From Adineta vaga (Eukaryota > Animalia > Rotifera), in NCBI GenBank assembly GCA_021613535.1, contig CP075494.1, positions 2,976,001 to 3,040,000 of the forward strand: 64,000 nt of DNA, given 5' to 3'. The notes under the pieces are model-generated. The model was not told the origin of the DNA. It made no database searches and saw only the letters and a program-made list of their open reading frames with translations. This document shows, piece by piece, positions 37,832 to 50,159 of this stretch (its first letter is position 1; the number at the start of each line of letters is the position of its first letter). The position numbers and the translations under genes were made by a program.

Positions 37832-40021
37832 TTACAAACATTCTTTAACACGTGCAAGATTTTCTCTTCGTACTTGTAAAATCGGATGATTTTCTGGTAA
37901 TGTACGTTCTCCAACAATGATAGCACGTTCGAAATATGAACGGGCTTTTTCATAGTTCTGCATGTTTTCATATGTTACACCAATGTTGTTATAAGATGTG
38001 CCAAAATCAGGATGATTGGATGGAAGTGTTTTTTGTCGAATCGTCAGAGCTTTTTCATGACAGACAAGACCTTTCTGATAATCAGTCATACTATTATGTA
38101 CTGCACCCATATTGTTGTAAGTCTTAGCAAAATCACGATGATTAGCGGGAAGTGTTTTGAGTTGAATTTCAAGAACTTTCTCGTAATAGGAAAGTGATTT
38201 CGGATAATCTCCGACGTTGAAAGACACCATACCAATATTCATAAAAGATTTTATTAAAAGAGTATGATTCGTAGGAGACGTTTTTTGAATAATTGCAAGT
38301 TCTCTTTCAAGATATGGAAGTGCTGCTGCATAATTTTCCATACTACTATAGACCAAACTGATGGCTTCATAACATTTCCCCAAATCAGCATGATCCGGAG
38401 GAAGCAATTGTTCACGAATTTTCAAAGCTTCTTTATAAGGCGAGAGGGCTTTCGAGTAATTACTTGTTTTATAATAAGCTATACCAAGACAGAAGTATAT
38501 ATTTGCCAATTCAAGACGATCGGTTGGAGGAGCTTTTTCATAAATATCTAAAGATTTTTCAAAGGCAGCTACGGCTTCGGCATATTTTTCTTGTCTATCT
38601 TTGATCGAGCCAAGTTGAAAGAAAAGACTTGCTTTTTCACTCGTTTCATTTGTTTGACCAAGCAGAATTTGACACACTTGTTCAGCTTGATCAAAATGAC
38701 GTAGTTTTACTAAAACTGCACCTAATCGATACCATCCTTCATTTTCTGCAAAACTCTCTTGTCGTATATTAGTCATCAATGCAGTGAGATCTTTATCACT
38801 ATCACCAATAACTGTCAAATATACTTCTTGAAGTCGATTATTAGCAGTTAATCGTTTTATATCAGTAATACGAAAGATTGTTTGTATTGAAAATAAGATT
38901 TCATCTTCCGTATGAGAATGACTAACTGTACTAATTGAAGCAAATGGTTTACTTGATTGAGTAGGATCAACCTTGATAATAAATGTAATTCCAACTAAAT
39001 CACCTTTTGTAGAAAAATCTTGAGCAGAACTAAGTGATTTCTTCGAATCTTTAGTTGTCAATAAAAAGTTATTAAACGACATTAAACCACGTTGACTTAA
39101 TTTCAATTGTTCGAAATCTATCTTGAACATACCTTGAGCATAATAAACTGTAAATATGGCAGAAGAAGAGGATTCGCTTTTATATTGTTCTTGATATAGT
39201 TTTTCGATTTGTTGATGAAGATCAGTAATAAAAAATCCCATACGCATAATAATATCTCCATTCATCATTCGTAAAGCACGATTGAGCATTGGACTTACGA
39301 AAGTATCGTAACTATACCACCATATAGGTGTTTCATTACGATATTTACTTTCAAATTCTTTGACACGCGTCAGTTCTTCATCATTACCTGCAAATAATTC
39401 TCGACAATAATTAATAAATTCTTTCATATGTTTTTCATCGTATTTGCTACTTAACATTCCTTCCTTGACGATTTGAGTATAAATGAAAGGTAAATCTAAT
39501 TGATCAAAAGTCTTTTTCGAGCCAATAAAACTGAGTGACATTGCACTTCGCTCACATTGATGAACTGTCTGTTTAATTGCTTCACAGATAGATGTTACAT
39601 CTGTGAAAATACCCTTGACCTTGGACAAACCCTTACTCCATTGTTCATCGTCTTGTTTGTTGCCAGAAAAGATTAGAACTGTATCTAATTGAGATAAGTC
39701 ATGTAAATTAGGTACAAGTTGTTGTCCAAGTGATCCGGAAATGATTATACATGCTTTATTATCATCGATACTCTTGATAAATTCTACACATTGATCACTG
39801 TCGGTAAATGTAATAATATTATTAATAGAATATTGCAATTCTACAATTGACTTTTGCCAATTTTGACTTTTTTCATCTGTATTATTATTATTATCTTTCA
39901 AACAGATCAGTAGAACATTTCGAACTTTGTAGATATTGTTGTAACGTCGTTCAAGAACGACTCCGGAAGTTGTCGATGATTCGTTGGCAGTTCTAATTTC
40001 ACTTGATTTACCAGCACCCAT
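37832..40021 (-). CDS. ART (ADP-ribosyltransferase)-like domain + TPR array protein, probably catalytically degenerate
   Basis: Intronless 729 aa; MGAGKSS myristoylation-like start; PIWWYS...LNRALR, TVYYAQG, SFNNFLLTT, EDEILF; about 7 kinesin-light-chain-type TPRs. Confidence 0.85.
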   Translation of the reverse strand: MGAGKSSEIRTANESSTTSGVVLERRYNNIYKVRNVLLICLKDNNNNTDEKSQNWQKSIVELQYSINNIITFTDSDQCVEFIKSIDDNKACIIISGSLGQQLVPNLHDLSQLDTVLIFSGNKQDDEQWSKGLSKVKGIFTDVTSICEAIKQTVHQCERSAMSLSFIGSKKTFDQLDLPFIYTQIVKEGMLSSKYDEKHMKEFINYCRELFAGNDEELTRVKEFESKYRNETPIWWYSYDTFVSPMLNRALRMMNGDIIMRMGFFITDLHQQIEKLYQEQYKSESSSSAIFTVYYAQGMFKIDFEQLKLSQRGLMSFNNFLLTTKDSKKSLSSAQDFSTKGDLVGITFIIKVDPTQSSKPFASISTVSHSHTEDEILFSIQTIFRITDIKRLTANNRLQEVYLTVIGDSDKDLTALMTNIRQESFAENEGWYRLGAVLVKLRHFDQAEQVCQILLGQTNETSEKASLFFQLGSIKDRQEKYAEAVAAFEKSLDIYEKAPPTDRLELANIYFCLGIAYYKTSNYSKALSPYKEALKIREQLLPPDHADLGKCYEAISLVYSSMENYAAALPYLERELAIIQKTSPTNHTLLIKSFMNIGMVSFNVGDYPKSLSYYEKVLEIQLKTLPANHRDFAKTYNNMGAVHNSMTDYQKGLVCHEKALTIRQKTLPSNHPDFGTSYNNIGVTYENMQNYEKARSYFERAIIVGERTLPENHPILQVRRENLARVKECL

Positions 40022-40239
40022 TGATGTCTTTCAATTTTGTCGTTTTAAATGTGAATGAATTGAGAAAAAAAAGGCGTTCGATGAAAAAATGATTCATTTT
40101 TCTTCTCTTTTACTGTTCGTTTTATTTCTACAGTTGATAGAAAATAGATTTTTTTGTTTGTTTTCTTTAAAAGGCAAAACATTTTGGACAGTTTTTCTTT
40201 TGTCACATAATTACACAAAAAGTGAAAAGAAAAACGCAC

Positions 40240-41691
40240 GTCAACTATTCAGAGTGTGGATCGAACTGAAAGATTATAGAATCATTTCGTCGGATATTTT
40301 GATTTTAACGGCGAGTATGGTTAGCTGTTCGATGTTTGATTGAGATAGTATAGTTGATAAAATTGTTTCATCAGACATCTTCGAATCTTTCATTCATATA
40401 CACAAAACAAACGTCGAAATAAATGCAATTCGATATCTGTCCATTGGCAAACTGTGAGCGTAATAATTTGTTGTTGCAATAGTTTACACGTAGACATATC
40501 ATCAAGCAACACTTTGAGGCAATCGAAATCTATGTTTAGGTCATTGAGATTGGGAGCTGCATTGAGCAAATCGAATAATGTACATTTTCCTGATACTTGA
40601 AGTTCTTCAAGATGAGGTAAATTCAATACTAGTGATTGGTTTGCAGATATCAACGTACCTATACATACACAAAAGATAGTATAACTTCCTCCAGTTTTTA
40701 CTTAATTTCAGTTTCAAAAATCTAGGTCAATGCGTTTAAAAAGACACGTACTTTATTCGTCTTCTTTACTAATCCGAAGTTTTCGAACACTATGAAAGTT
40801 TTGTACTGGTATGAAATATATCAGTTATAGATGTTGCACCAAACACGTGCAAACGTTCAATTTCCTGTGTGTATTTGCAGCCAAGGGGCATCTGTTTACC
40901 GACTACTGCTGATAGACTAAGTATATGTAAACCGGAAACATCAGTTAACATTAACCACGTTTATATGCTGCGTTGTAGTAAACATTTGATGGGAAAAGCA
41001 TGTGACCATAGAGCAATCAGCGAGTTTACTTCTGGAACAGACTCGTCAAAATAATAGCGAATGAAAAAGCAGACCTTTTTGAGAGATGTTGGTAGAATCT
41101 TGATAAAATTTTTAGGGTTTAAAATACGTTTATCATCTGTACGTAGATCAAATGTGAATGTTTGCAAAGAAGGCATTTGTTGTAGTATATCAGCAATTTT
41201 ATCTAAAGTGCAAGCAAAATCCATCATATATAAATGAAAGTTCATGAGTTCAGTAAGTGCCGACGATTTATTGAATGGTTGGTTGAATTCTGAAATATGT
41301 GACCATTCTTCAATACCGACATGTAAACGACGTTCACAAGGCATAAGAGCAAAAGATGCGGTAATAGATGACTAGATTTTATATCAAGTATGAGACTTTT
41401 TATATTGGAAAAACAAACTGAAGCCGAATTAACTTCAGATATATTCAAGTATACTGAATCTACGTCGACCGATATTGAATTTATTCGTGGAAGAATATAA
41501 GAGGCGACATAATCAAATCGATGATAGGTTACACCTCGAAGATCCAGATGATGACAATAATCTGTTATCGTAATGTTTATACGTGCGTTGGGTTTGTAGA
41601 AAGAAGACAGCACATCAGCACCAACGAGATAACTACATATTTGCAGTACCATTTCGTCAGGCAATATTTCGAAGAACGATAACGAAGTCAT
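40240..41691 (-). pseudogene. F-box/LRR-like pseudogene
   Basis: F-box-like start FEILPDEMVLQICSYL; LRR-like pieces (MPSLQTFTFDL, LPHLEELQV, APNLNDLNIDF) fall in different frames with stops. Confidence 0.65.
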
Positions 41692-43057
41692 CTGAAATAA
41701 TTAATTATAAACAACATCCCATTAATAAATCTCCTTACCGCACAAACTCATGTGATATTTACTGTCTGAAAGAAGAAAAAGCCATCGTCTTATCAAGAAA
41801 TCGTGTTATTTTATTTCATTTTCAATTTTTGTTATATGCGCTTAATGTGTTAACTAAAGTAAAAAAAAATTATTTACATAGTGCGACTCTATGAATCTTT
41901 CGGCGAAAGATCAATTCATAAACAAATATAATTGATTCAGATCTTAGATTAAGACATGTATATACGAATGATTTATATATTGAATTTTTCTTTTTATACC
42001 GTCTTTGCTTTCAAAAGTGTTCGTATTCTATCATTTCTCTTTTTCCAACGTAAAACGACTATAGTGAATCACTACAACGGTCTCTTCAACTGTGAGAATT
42101 TAAAGGTGATTACCTACGCAAAGCAAACACATGTTTTTTTTACGTTAATAAAAATGTTTTCAAGTTCTATCTTTTATAGAAGTTTGGAACAATAGTAGAA
42201 AAATAAATTCACTCTACAATCGAGTAATAGTTTGACATTTATATGTCTCTTTTGTTTTTTGAGTTGTAATCTGTATTTTTAATCAATGATTACACTTTAG
42301 AATGCGACTAATTATTATCTAAAACTGTTTATGCAATTTCATAGATTTGTTTAATTCAGAGTTTGAATCGAACTTTCATCAACTCTTTTAGAAGCCTTTG
42401 AAACGTCGATTGTCGGAGAGAATCTTTATAATAAAAAACATTTATCGAGAAGTATAATTTAAACTATGAGAATTCATTGTGAAATTGATACTGGTTGATC
42501 CATTATAAACTAGTATCTATGTGAAGTGTGATGTTCGTTGTAAATCATTGACTGTTACAATTACAAGCCTAATTTCGCAAGCAGTTGTACTACTACTGAC
42601 CAATGTTTAGAGAGTAGCATGTACCTGCACAATCATGATAAATACTATTATCATGGTTTAGAGATTTTGTGACTGAATCAGCATTGATTGTAGAAGAGAA
42701 TTATTTGAGAGTATTTCTTCTTCACTTTCATTATACCTACGCCATGTAAAATAGGTTGTAACAACCGTGCTTTCGAGCCTTTGGACGCGTACGTAACTTT
42801 TTTTAATCGATCGGCGTATTCCATGTAAAAAGACGGTGAAAAATCATTTTTAAGTAGAAATGCTTCCATTACTTCTTTCTGAGTGCCACTCAATCAGTTT
42901 CAAACCATCACTTGCTTTTATAATACAGTCTAATAGATAAATATTAAATATGTATCTATGTAAACAAAATCTACAGAAAACGCAATTCAAATCGATTTTT
43001 CCGTAAATATTAGAAAGAATTAATAAAATTTAACCACTTTCTTTTGATTCTGTTTTT

Positions 43058-44798
43058 CAAACTTAATAGAATGTTATCATACACAACATTCTATTTAGTT
43101 TGGCTTTTCGATCTGATATCATAGAATCATTCTTTCTTCTTTCCTTTTCTGATCCTATACATTTTTCTTCTTCCCTATACGAATAAACATGGAGTCTCTG
43201 CTGTTTTGTTCATAAAAGATATATAGTCTAACATTAGACAGCTCACAGAGTAGTATATCACAATGCATTTCATAATCTTCTAACTTATGTTTATTCCTAA
43301 CTTTTTTAATTTTACTAATTATGCACTATTTTTCGTTACAATCCTTATATGTTATTGTGAGTATATTCTATCGTCTTCATTCTATCACGTACAGAATAAT
43401 TTTCTTCTCTATCTACATAAAGAGTATTTTTCAAGAACAAGACAAATGATATAAATATATTTTCAGATTGTATTGAAAACGTATTCATTTCGAGGTTTGT
43501 TCTGTGATTTACCAAAGATGTTTCCACGCATATCTCATAGACAATATTCGCTAGGAACCATTTTTTTTATTGTCCTATCATGTTTCGTTTTATCAACACA
43601 TTTCAACGCGAACAATCGTCAAGGAACGTTTTATCGATCAAACAATTTTGAGACCTTACTATTAGATTCATCTGATCATTTGAAGGGAATTCCAACTAGT
43701 TCATCGAACATTCAAATCGATCCAACAACCACAAATATTCTTCCTATTGTAGAAAGCGCTCACAAGTGGTTCCAAAAAGATTTACCAAGTTCAACTGATC
43801 TTAAACAATGGTCCGCTGATATGCTCGATCGTGAACTTCATCATCTTTCACATTGGTCTTCTCTTGATGCACAAGGATGGCGTGATTTTGTCAATAAGAC
43901 TATCGCAAAGCTTGATCCACCGATGTCACGAACCAAGAACTTTACCTTCTTTGAACTGGGTGTTGGTGTAGGTGCTGTTTCACGACAAATTCTATTAAAC
44001 TATCCTCATTCGAATGGCATTGGCGTTGATGTTGTTCATGATACAGTAGAACTTGCTCGAAGTATTTTACCATCTGATCGAATGAAACTTTATACCGTAT
44101 CTAGTATTCAATATAGTATGATTAATGATAATACAATCGATCATATTATTGGTCCTGGTGTCATTTGTTATTTTCCATCACTGATGTTGATTGCAGATTT
44201 ATTCAAAGAACTTTCACGTATTGCCAAACCAAATGCATCAATGTCTTTTACTATGATCCCATATGATGAAGATGGTAAATCTTCGTGTGAATTAGTTATT
44301 CCAACATCGTTTTGGTATGAAAACAGTATTAGTAATTTGGGACTTCGAGTTACAAATTTACAAAATATGTCTGATTGGAATTTATCTCATTCTCATCATC
44401 GGTATTTTGTGAATTTAAGAAAAGAAAAGATTGGTTGATGCTTCTCAAAATACTTTAACTAAAAGAATCTTTTATTTTTATCTAATTATTGTTCTATAAA
44501 GAACATTTTTTATACGTTTCATGCTAGAATGCAATCATTAGTATAGTATTGCTAAATAAATAGTGAAACTAATAAGAATAGTTGTTCGAAAACTTATTCA
44601 ACGAAATTTTCTCAATAATTGATTCCTTTCTTCTTGAGCATAGTTGAAACGCTGCATAATTCATTCAAATAACTCGCAAAAGGTACATACGAGTGAATAG
44701 TAATATGAAAAGACGTGATTCTTTATGAAAATGATGAGAATACAATAAAACGTATAACGTGATGTTTAACAGAAAATAGTCTTCTCATGAAATCGTTA
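43058..44798 (+). repeat. Direct segmental duplication, copy 1 (about 1.74 kb)
   Basis: Near-identical to 46194-47935 from CAAACTTAATAGAATG to CTCATGAAAT.GTTA; offset about 3136-3137. Confidence 0.93.
43518..44438 (+). CDS. Type II membrane class I SAM-dependent methyltransferase, copy 1
   Basis: ATG at 43518; N-terminal TM and Ser/Thr stem; motif I FFELGVGVG, GIGVD, IDHII..GVICYF, LSRIAKPNA; intronless. Confidence 0.82.
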   Translation: MFPRISHRQYSLGTIFFIVLSCFVLSTHFNANNRQGTFYRSNNFETLLLDSSDHLKGIPTSSSNIQIDPTTTNILPIVESAHKWFQKDLPSSTDLKQWSADMLDRELHHLSHWSSLDAQGWRDFVNKTIAKLDPPMSRTKNFTFFELGVGVGAVSRQILLNYPHSNGIGVDVVHDTVELARSILPSDRMKLYTVSSIQYSMINDNTIDHIIGPGVICYFPSLMLIADLFKELSRIAKPNASMSFTMIPYDEDGKSSCELVIPTSFWYENSISNLGLRVTNLQNMSDWNLSHSHHRYFVNLRKEKIG

Positions 44799-46193
44799 AT
44801 GTTGCGTAACGAATAACTAAATATCTGAATAGTTGATTTATTCTTTTTAGTTTCTAACGGATGATAAAATATGATATAGAAATCAATGTGAATATTCATT
44901 TGAATCAGTCGAAACGATTCCATTGTACAGGAGTGTTGTTGATACAAGTTTTCAAACAAGAAGTGCTTCACACATATCGACTTCTGAATAAGAAGAGGGC
45001 ATAAATGAGTTTGAGTTTCAGCTTCAGTGTTCTCAACACTCTTTATGTTCAACATATAGAATGACACAGAATACTAGGAATTTTAGGGTTCTTATGCGAA
45101 TATCCAATACCCAAGATCAATATACCCACACCCTCAATGGGGTTCTGAAATCGGACATTCTATATATATTCCTTGTATACCTTTGAATTCCACATACGTT
45201 TCTAGATACATATTAATATTGAAATAGAACGGTAACCGATCTGCATTGACAGTCGCCACTGTTCCATTCCTAATGATCGTACAAGCGGTATAGTCTGCGT
45301 TCATCGATAGATAAAAATTCAGAATCATAATTGAATAATGATGATTGAAGGAAGACCGAATAGATACACAACATATATACTTGAAGACTGTTCTAATTCA
45401 ATCAGCAATCAATCAGATAAAAGTAAAACTATATTTAAAAATCGTATCGTATTGGAAAACGTACACAAACGATGAGTTATATGTACTTATATATTTCTCA
45501 GTACAATATAGAATCTAAAGAAGTGACATATTTAGAATCTCTATATCGTGCACTAATATTTCGGTTGATCAGATCTGGCAGCGTGTTTAATTTCTTAATT
45601 CTGTCCTAATATCTTATAATGTTTTTGTAAAGACAGAAATTCACATAATTATGACTTTTTCTATGACTATATTTCAAAATTTCTAAATATATTTTCTTAA
45701 AACGTAAAATAATGTGCAAAATATATTGATTTGAATCATTTATGTTTTAATTTTTTTCGTTTAATCGATCAAGACTTTCTTTATTTTCAATTTCATACCA
45801 GTAGTAAGTCGAGTATTCCCTTCCTCCAACATATTAACTACTTTTGTTCATTCATTAGTTCGCAGTATCATGATCTAATATTCCATCAACCACAACCGAA
45901 ATTTTTCAATTCCCGTTGTTGTTCGTTCTGGTTTGTATAATGTAAATAAGTTCCTTCTACATTTGGAAGTATAGTACGTGTTAGTGGAATCTAAGTCAGA
46001 TGTTATTAGATATCGTGTACTGTGTGTAAAATCGGTGGTAATCTTGATAATCAATCGAAATAAAATGAGAATTTCAAAGATAATTAGAGAATATAAAAGT
46101 GGAAGAACCTTTCTTCGATTGAATATATGATGAAAATCAGATTTTTAACGTTTTGCTTTCGATAGCTTAGTGCTTGTTTCTCTTTCTCTTTTC

Positions 46194-47935
46194 CAAACTT
46201 AATAGAATGTTATCATAAACAACATTCTTTTTACTTTGGCTTTTCGATCTGATACTATAGAATCATTCTTTCTTCTTTCTTTTTCTGATCCTATACATTT
46301 TTCTTCTTCCCTATACGAATAAACATGGAGTCTCTGCTGTTTTTGTTCATAAAGGATATATAATCTAACATTAGATAGCTCACAGAGTAGTATATCACAA
46401 TGCATTTCATAATCTTCTAACTTATGTTTATTCCTAATTTTTTTAATTTTGTTAATTATGCACTATTTTTCGTTGTAATCCTTATATGTTATTGTGAGTA
46501 TATTCTATCGTCTTCGTTCTATCACGTACAGAATAATTTTCTTCTTTATCTACATAAAGAGTATTTTTCAAGAACAAGACAAATGATATAAATATATTTT
46601 CAGATTGTATTGAAAACGTATTCATTTCGAGGTTTGTTCTGTGATTTACCGAAGATGTTTCCACTCATATCTCATAGACAATATTGGCTAGGAACCATTC
46701 TTCTTATTATCCTATCATGCTATGTTTTATCAACACATTTCAACGCGAACAATCTTCAAGGAACGCTTTATAGATCAAACAATTTTGAGACCTTACCATT
46801 AGATTCATCTAATCATTCGAAAGAAACTCCAACTAGTTCATCAAACAGCCAAACCGGTTCAACAACCACAAATATTCTTCCTATTGTAGAAAGCGCTCAC
46901 AAGTGGTTCCAAAAAGATTTACCAAGTTCAACTGATCTTAAACAATGGACCGCTGATATGCTCGATCGTGAACTTCATCATCTTTCACATTGGGCTTCTT
47001 TTGATGCACAAGGATGGCGTGATTTTGTCAATAAGACCATCGCTAAGCTTGATCCACCGATGTCACAAACCAAGAACTTTACCTTCTTTGAATTGGGTGT
47101 TGGTGTAGGTGCTGTTTCACGACAAATTCTATTAAACTATCCTCATTCGAATGGCATTGGCGTTGATGTTGTTCATGATACAGTAGAACTTGCTCGAAGT
47201 ATTTTACCATCTGATCGAATGAAACTTTATACCGTATCTAGTATTCAATATAGTATGATTAATGATAATACAATCGATCATATTATTGGTTCTGGTGTCA
47301 TTTGTTATTTTCCATCACTTATGTTGATTGCAGATTTATTCAAAGAACTTTCACGTATTGCAAAACCAAATGCATCAATGTGTTTTACTGTGATCCCATA
47401 TGATGAAGATGGTAAATCTTCATGTGAATTAGTTATTCCAACATCATTTTGGTTTGAAAACAGTATTAGTAATTTGGGACTTCGAGTTACAAATTTACAA
47501 AATATGTCTGATTGGAATTTATCTCATTCTCATCATCGGTATTTTGTGAATTTAAGAAAAGAAAAGAGTGGTTGATGTTTCTCAAAATATTTTAACTAAA
47601 AGAATCTTTCATTTTTATCTAATTATTATTCTATAAAGAACATTTTTTATACTTTGCATACTAGAACGCAATCATTAGTATAGTATTGCTAAATAAATAG
47701 TGAAAATAATAAGAATAGTTGTTCGAAAAATCATGCAGCGAAATTTTCTCAATAATTGATTCCTTTCTTCTTGAGCATAGTTGAAACGCTGCATAATTCA
47801 TTCAAATAACTCGCAAAAGGTACATACGAGTGAATAGTAATATGAAAGGACGTGATTCTTTATGAAAATGATGAGAATACAATAAAACGTATAACGTGAT
47901 GTTCAACAGAAAATAGTCTTCTCATGAAATTGTTA
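46194..47935 (+). repeat. Direct segmental duplication, copy 2
   Basis: Matches copy 1 at 43058-44798; a unique spacer of about 1.4 kb separates the copies. Confidence 0.93.
46655..47575 (+). CDS. Type II membrane class I SAM-dependent methyltransferase, copy 2
   Basis: ATG at 46655; 26 of 306 residues differ from copy 1 by manual count. Confidence 0.82.
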   Translation: MFPLISHRQYWLGTILLIILSCYVLSTHFNANNLQGTLYRSNNFETLPLDSSNHSKETPTSSSNSQTGSTTTNILPIVESAHKWFQKDLPSSTDLKQWTADMLDRELHHLSHWASFDAQGWRDFVNKTIAKLDPPMSQTKNFTFFELGVGVGAVSRQILLNYPHSNGIGVDVVHDTVELARSILPSDRMKLYTVSSIQYSMINDNTIDHIIGSGVICYFPSLMLIADLFKELSRIAKPNASMCFTVIPYDEDGKSSCELVIPTSFWFENSISNLGLRVTNLQNMSDWNLSHSHHRYFVNLRKEKSG

Positions 47936-48273
47936 GTTTTGTATGTCATAATTGTATCTTGTTATTCAATCTGTCTAGAAACAGAGTGGTTTGACATGTC
48001 TAATAATTTCACATTATTTTGTTTATCAATCGATGGAATTATCATAAACTTCTTCAAGATGTCCTCGATTGAAAATCAAAATGCTAATCAATCGAGAAAA
48101 GTATGAAGTTATCTTGAAGAATGAGACACGGCGATGTAATCGTAGTATCTATGCTCGCTTTGTATCAAAGCATAATAATCAGAGTTTCAAGTTAAACACT
48201 ACTGAAAATGAATTAAATTGTTGGGTGTGGGTGGATGTAACAGAAAAACACGCACACCTGTTACAGCGTCTCC

Positions 48274-48518
48274 TGTAACTATTTGTACGTAGAAGATTTA
48301 AAGTCGATTCCTCTTCTATTTTATTTAAATAAATGTTCGGTTGCATATAATGTAGAGCCGTCTATAAGAACAAGAGCATAAAGAAGAGGTAAACAAAGAT
48401 ATAAGAAAGAAATGAAGAGTGAGAACAAGAGAATCCAGAGATCCTCTTGTTCGTCCGTCCGCCATAAGAAGAAAAGAAAGTAAACGAGGTACTAAATGTT
48501 AGACGTTCTCTAACAACA
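48274..48518 (-). mobile_element. Possible LTR remnant with polypurine-tract-like flank
   Basis: Minus strand reads GGAGTAGGG|TGTTGTTAG...pyrimidine-rich...AATAAA...GTTACA. No TSD seen. Confidence 0.3.
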
Positions 48519-48711
48519 CCCTACTCCAGATCCTCAAAGTGATGGCAAAAAAAAAAACAACTTTCATTCCCTATTTAAGTAACAGAAAATGTAAATACAA
48601 CACATTTGTCATATGATATCAAGTCATTAGTATTCTCTTTGGCAATTCATTTTTATCTTCGTAGCAACAACAACAATTTTGTACGCCTACTACCAGTACA
48701 ACTACTACAAC

Positions 48712-49800
48712 CAGGGGCGGCGGAACGTTTTCAAATCAGGTAAGGCTCAGAAAAAAGTTTTTCAGTCGCTATATTGTAAAAATATTAACCCAAAATAGCT
48801 TTTCTACCTGTACTATAAGAAGATTTACATGATCGGAAAAAGTTAAACTATACATGAAACACATTTTAGATTCTAAATTCTTTGTAGTGTAGTTAGAAAA
48901 AAAACTACAGAAGAAGCAATGTCCCTCCGAAATTGTTTGAGTTCGAAAAATTCCATAAATTAATAAACAATTCTTTGCAAAGCGGGAATTTTTGATGAAA
49001 AGAGACAGGCTTTATATTTCTCTGTAAAAGTTTTTACGCAGATGAAGAAATTGGTAAAGTATGAATTTCATGAACAATTGAAATAACTGTACAGCGTTAT
49101 GCTAATGTCGATTGTGACAGAATTTTTGATGAAAACAGCGCTGTTTGCTGCTTTTTTTCCGTTAATCCTGGTGTTTTCCTAGAAGTTTTCGTAAAGTTGT
49201 CCATGTAAACGTCTAGGTTCAACTCTTTTACCGCTCGAAGCTTTGACACTCGTGATAATGCTGAAAAAGTTAAGCTGGTATTCGCATAAACCCTAATTTT
49301 CTCGGAAGCTACCACCGTAGTTTCATGATTAAAAAGCAGAAGAGTCCGCCAATTTTCGGTTAAACTGTTACAAGAGAGACAAAATCATTCGCAGATGAGA
49401 CGTTGTATCCTTGTGTTTTCAACATTTTGAAAGAAATATGAATTGCTTTGAAAGAAAAACTGTTCTCATTTATTTTTCATTTAGGTTTTTCCACGCGTTT
49501 ATTTATTTTTTAAATAAAAGTCAAGAAAGCAAAAATTAGATATTGAATATGAATGCAGATATTTTTTGACTAAGGTTTCAAAGTCACTGGTCAATCTCTC
49601 AACAATATTCATATACGACAGTGATCGAGACATATCTCGGTTATGAATTCCATGTTTATCAAAGAGCTATGTGTTTGATATTAATAATCATTCTAACGAT
49701 AAATGACGTACTTCTCACCCACATATCTGTAACTTCTTCAAAGCGGTACTTGTTAATGAAATAGTTTGCTACTTAAAAAAATCAAAGGAAATGCTTTTTT
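48712..49800 (-). mobile_element. Possible decayed hAT-like transposon 3' end
   Basis: Abrupt GC-rich terminus CAGGGGCGGCGGAACG at 48712; minus-strand peptide TFSALSRVSKLR..KELNLDVYMDNF resembles the hAT dimerisation tail. Partner TIR not found; right boundary approximate. Confidence 0.35.
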
Positions 49801-50159
49801 AACCTTTTGAATATCGCTGTATTCAATCTGAAGATTAGAAAGTGTAGTTTTTTCTCATAGATAAACCTATAATATATATATATATACAGAACCAATGTAT
49901 ACGATCGTTCATATATAATAGATAGGATGAGAGTGGTTATGGAATAACTATAGTACCCTTCCCCTCACATTCTTGCTTACATTTCATCTCGATCACGCTT
50001 GTATATGAAACAAAAACAATCATATAATGCCGTCAACACACTGTTGCTACGTCAGTAGAAAAGGAGAAACAGACAAAATTCGATTTCTGTTTCTCATAAT
50101 AGAGAAAAAAAGAACATGTGCATTGCAAGTATTTTGTTGTTTTAGTGAAGAGAATAATA

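Noticed and set aside
42400-42900. Short ORF MSGTQKEVMEAF... with a possible spliced continuation
   Set aside because: The continuation contains stops and no recognisable motif.
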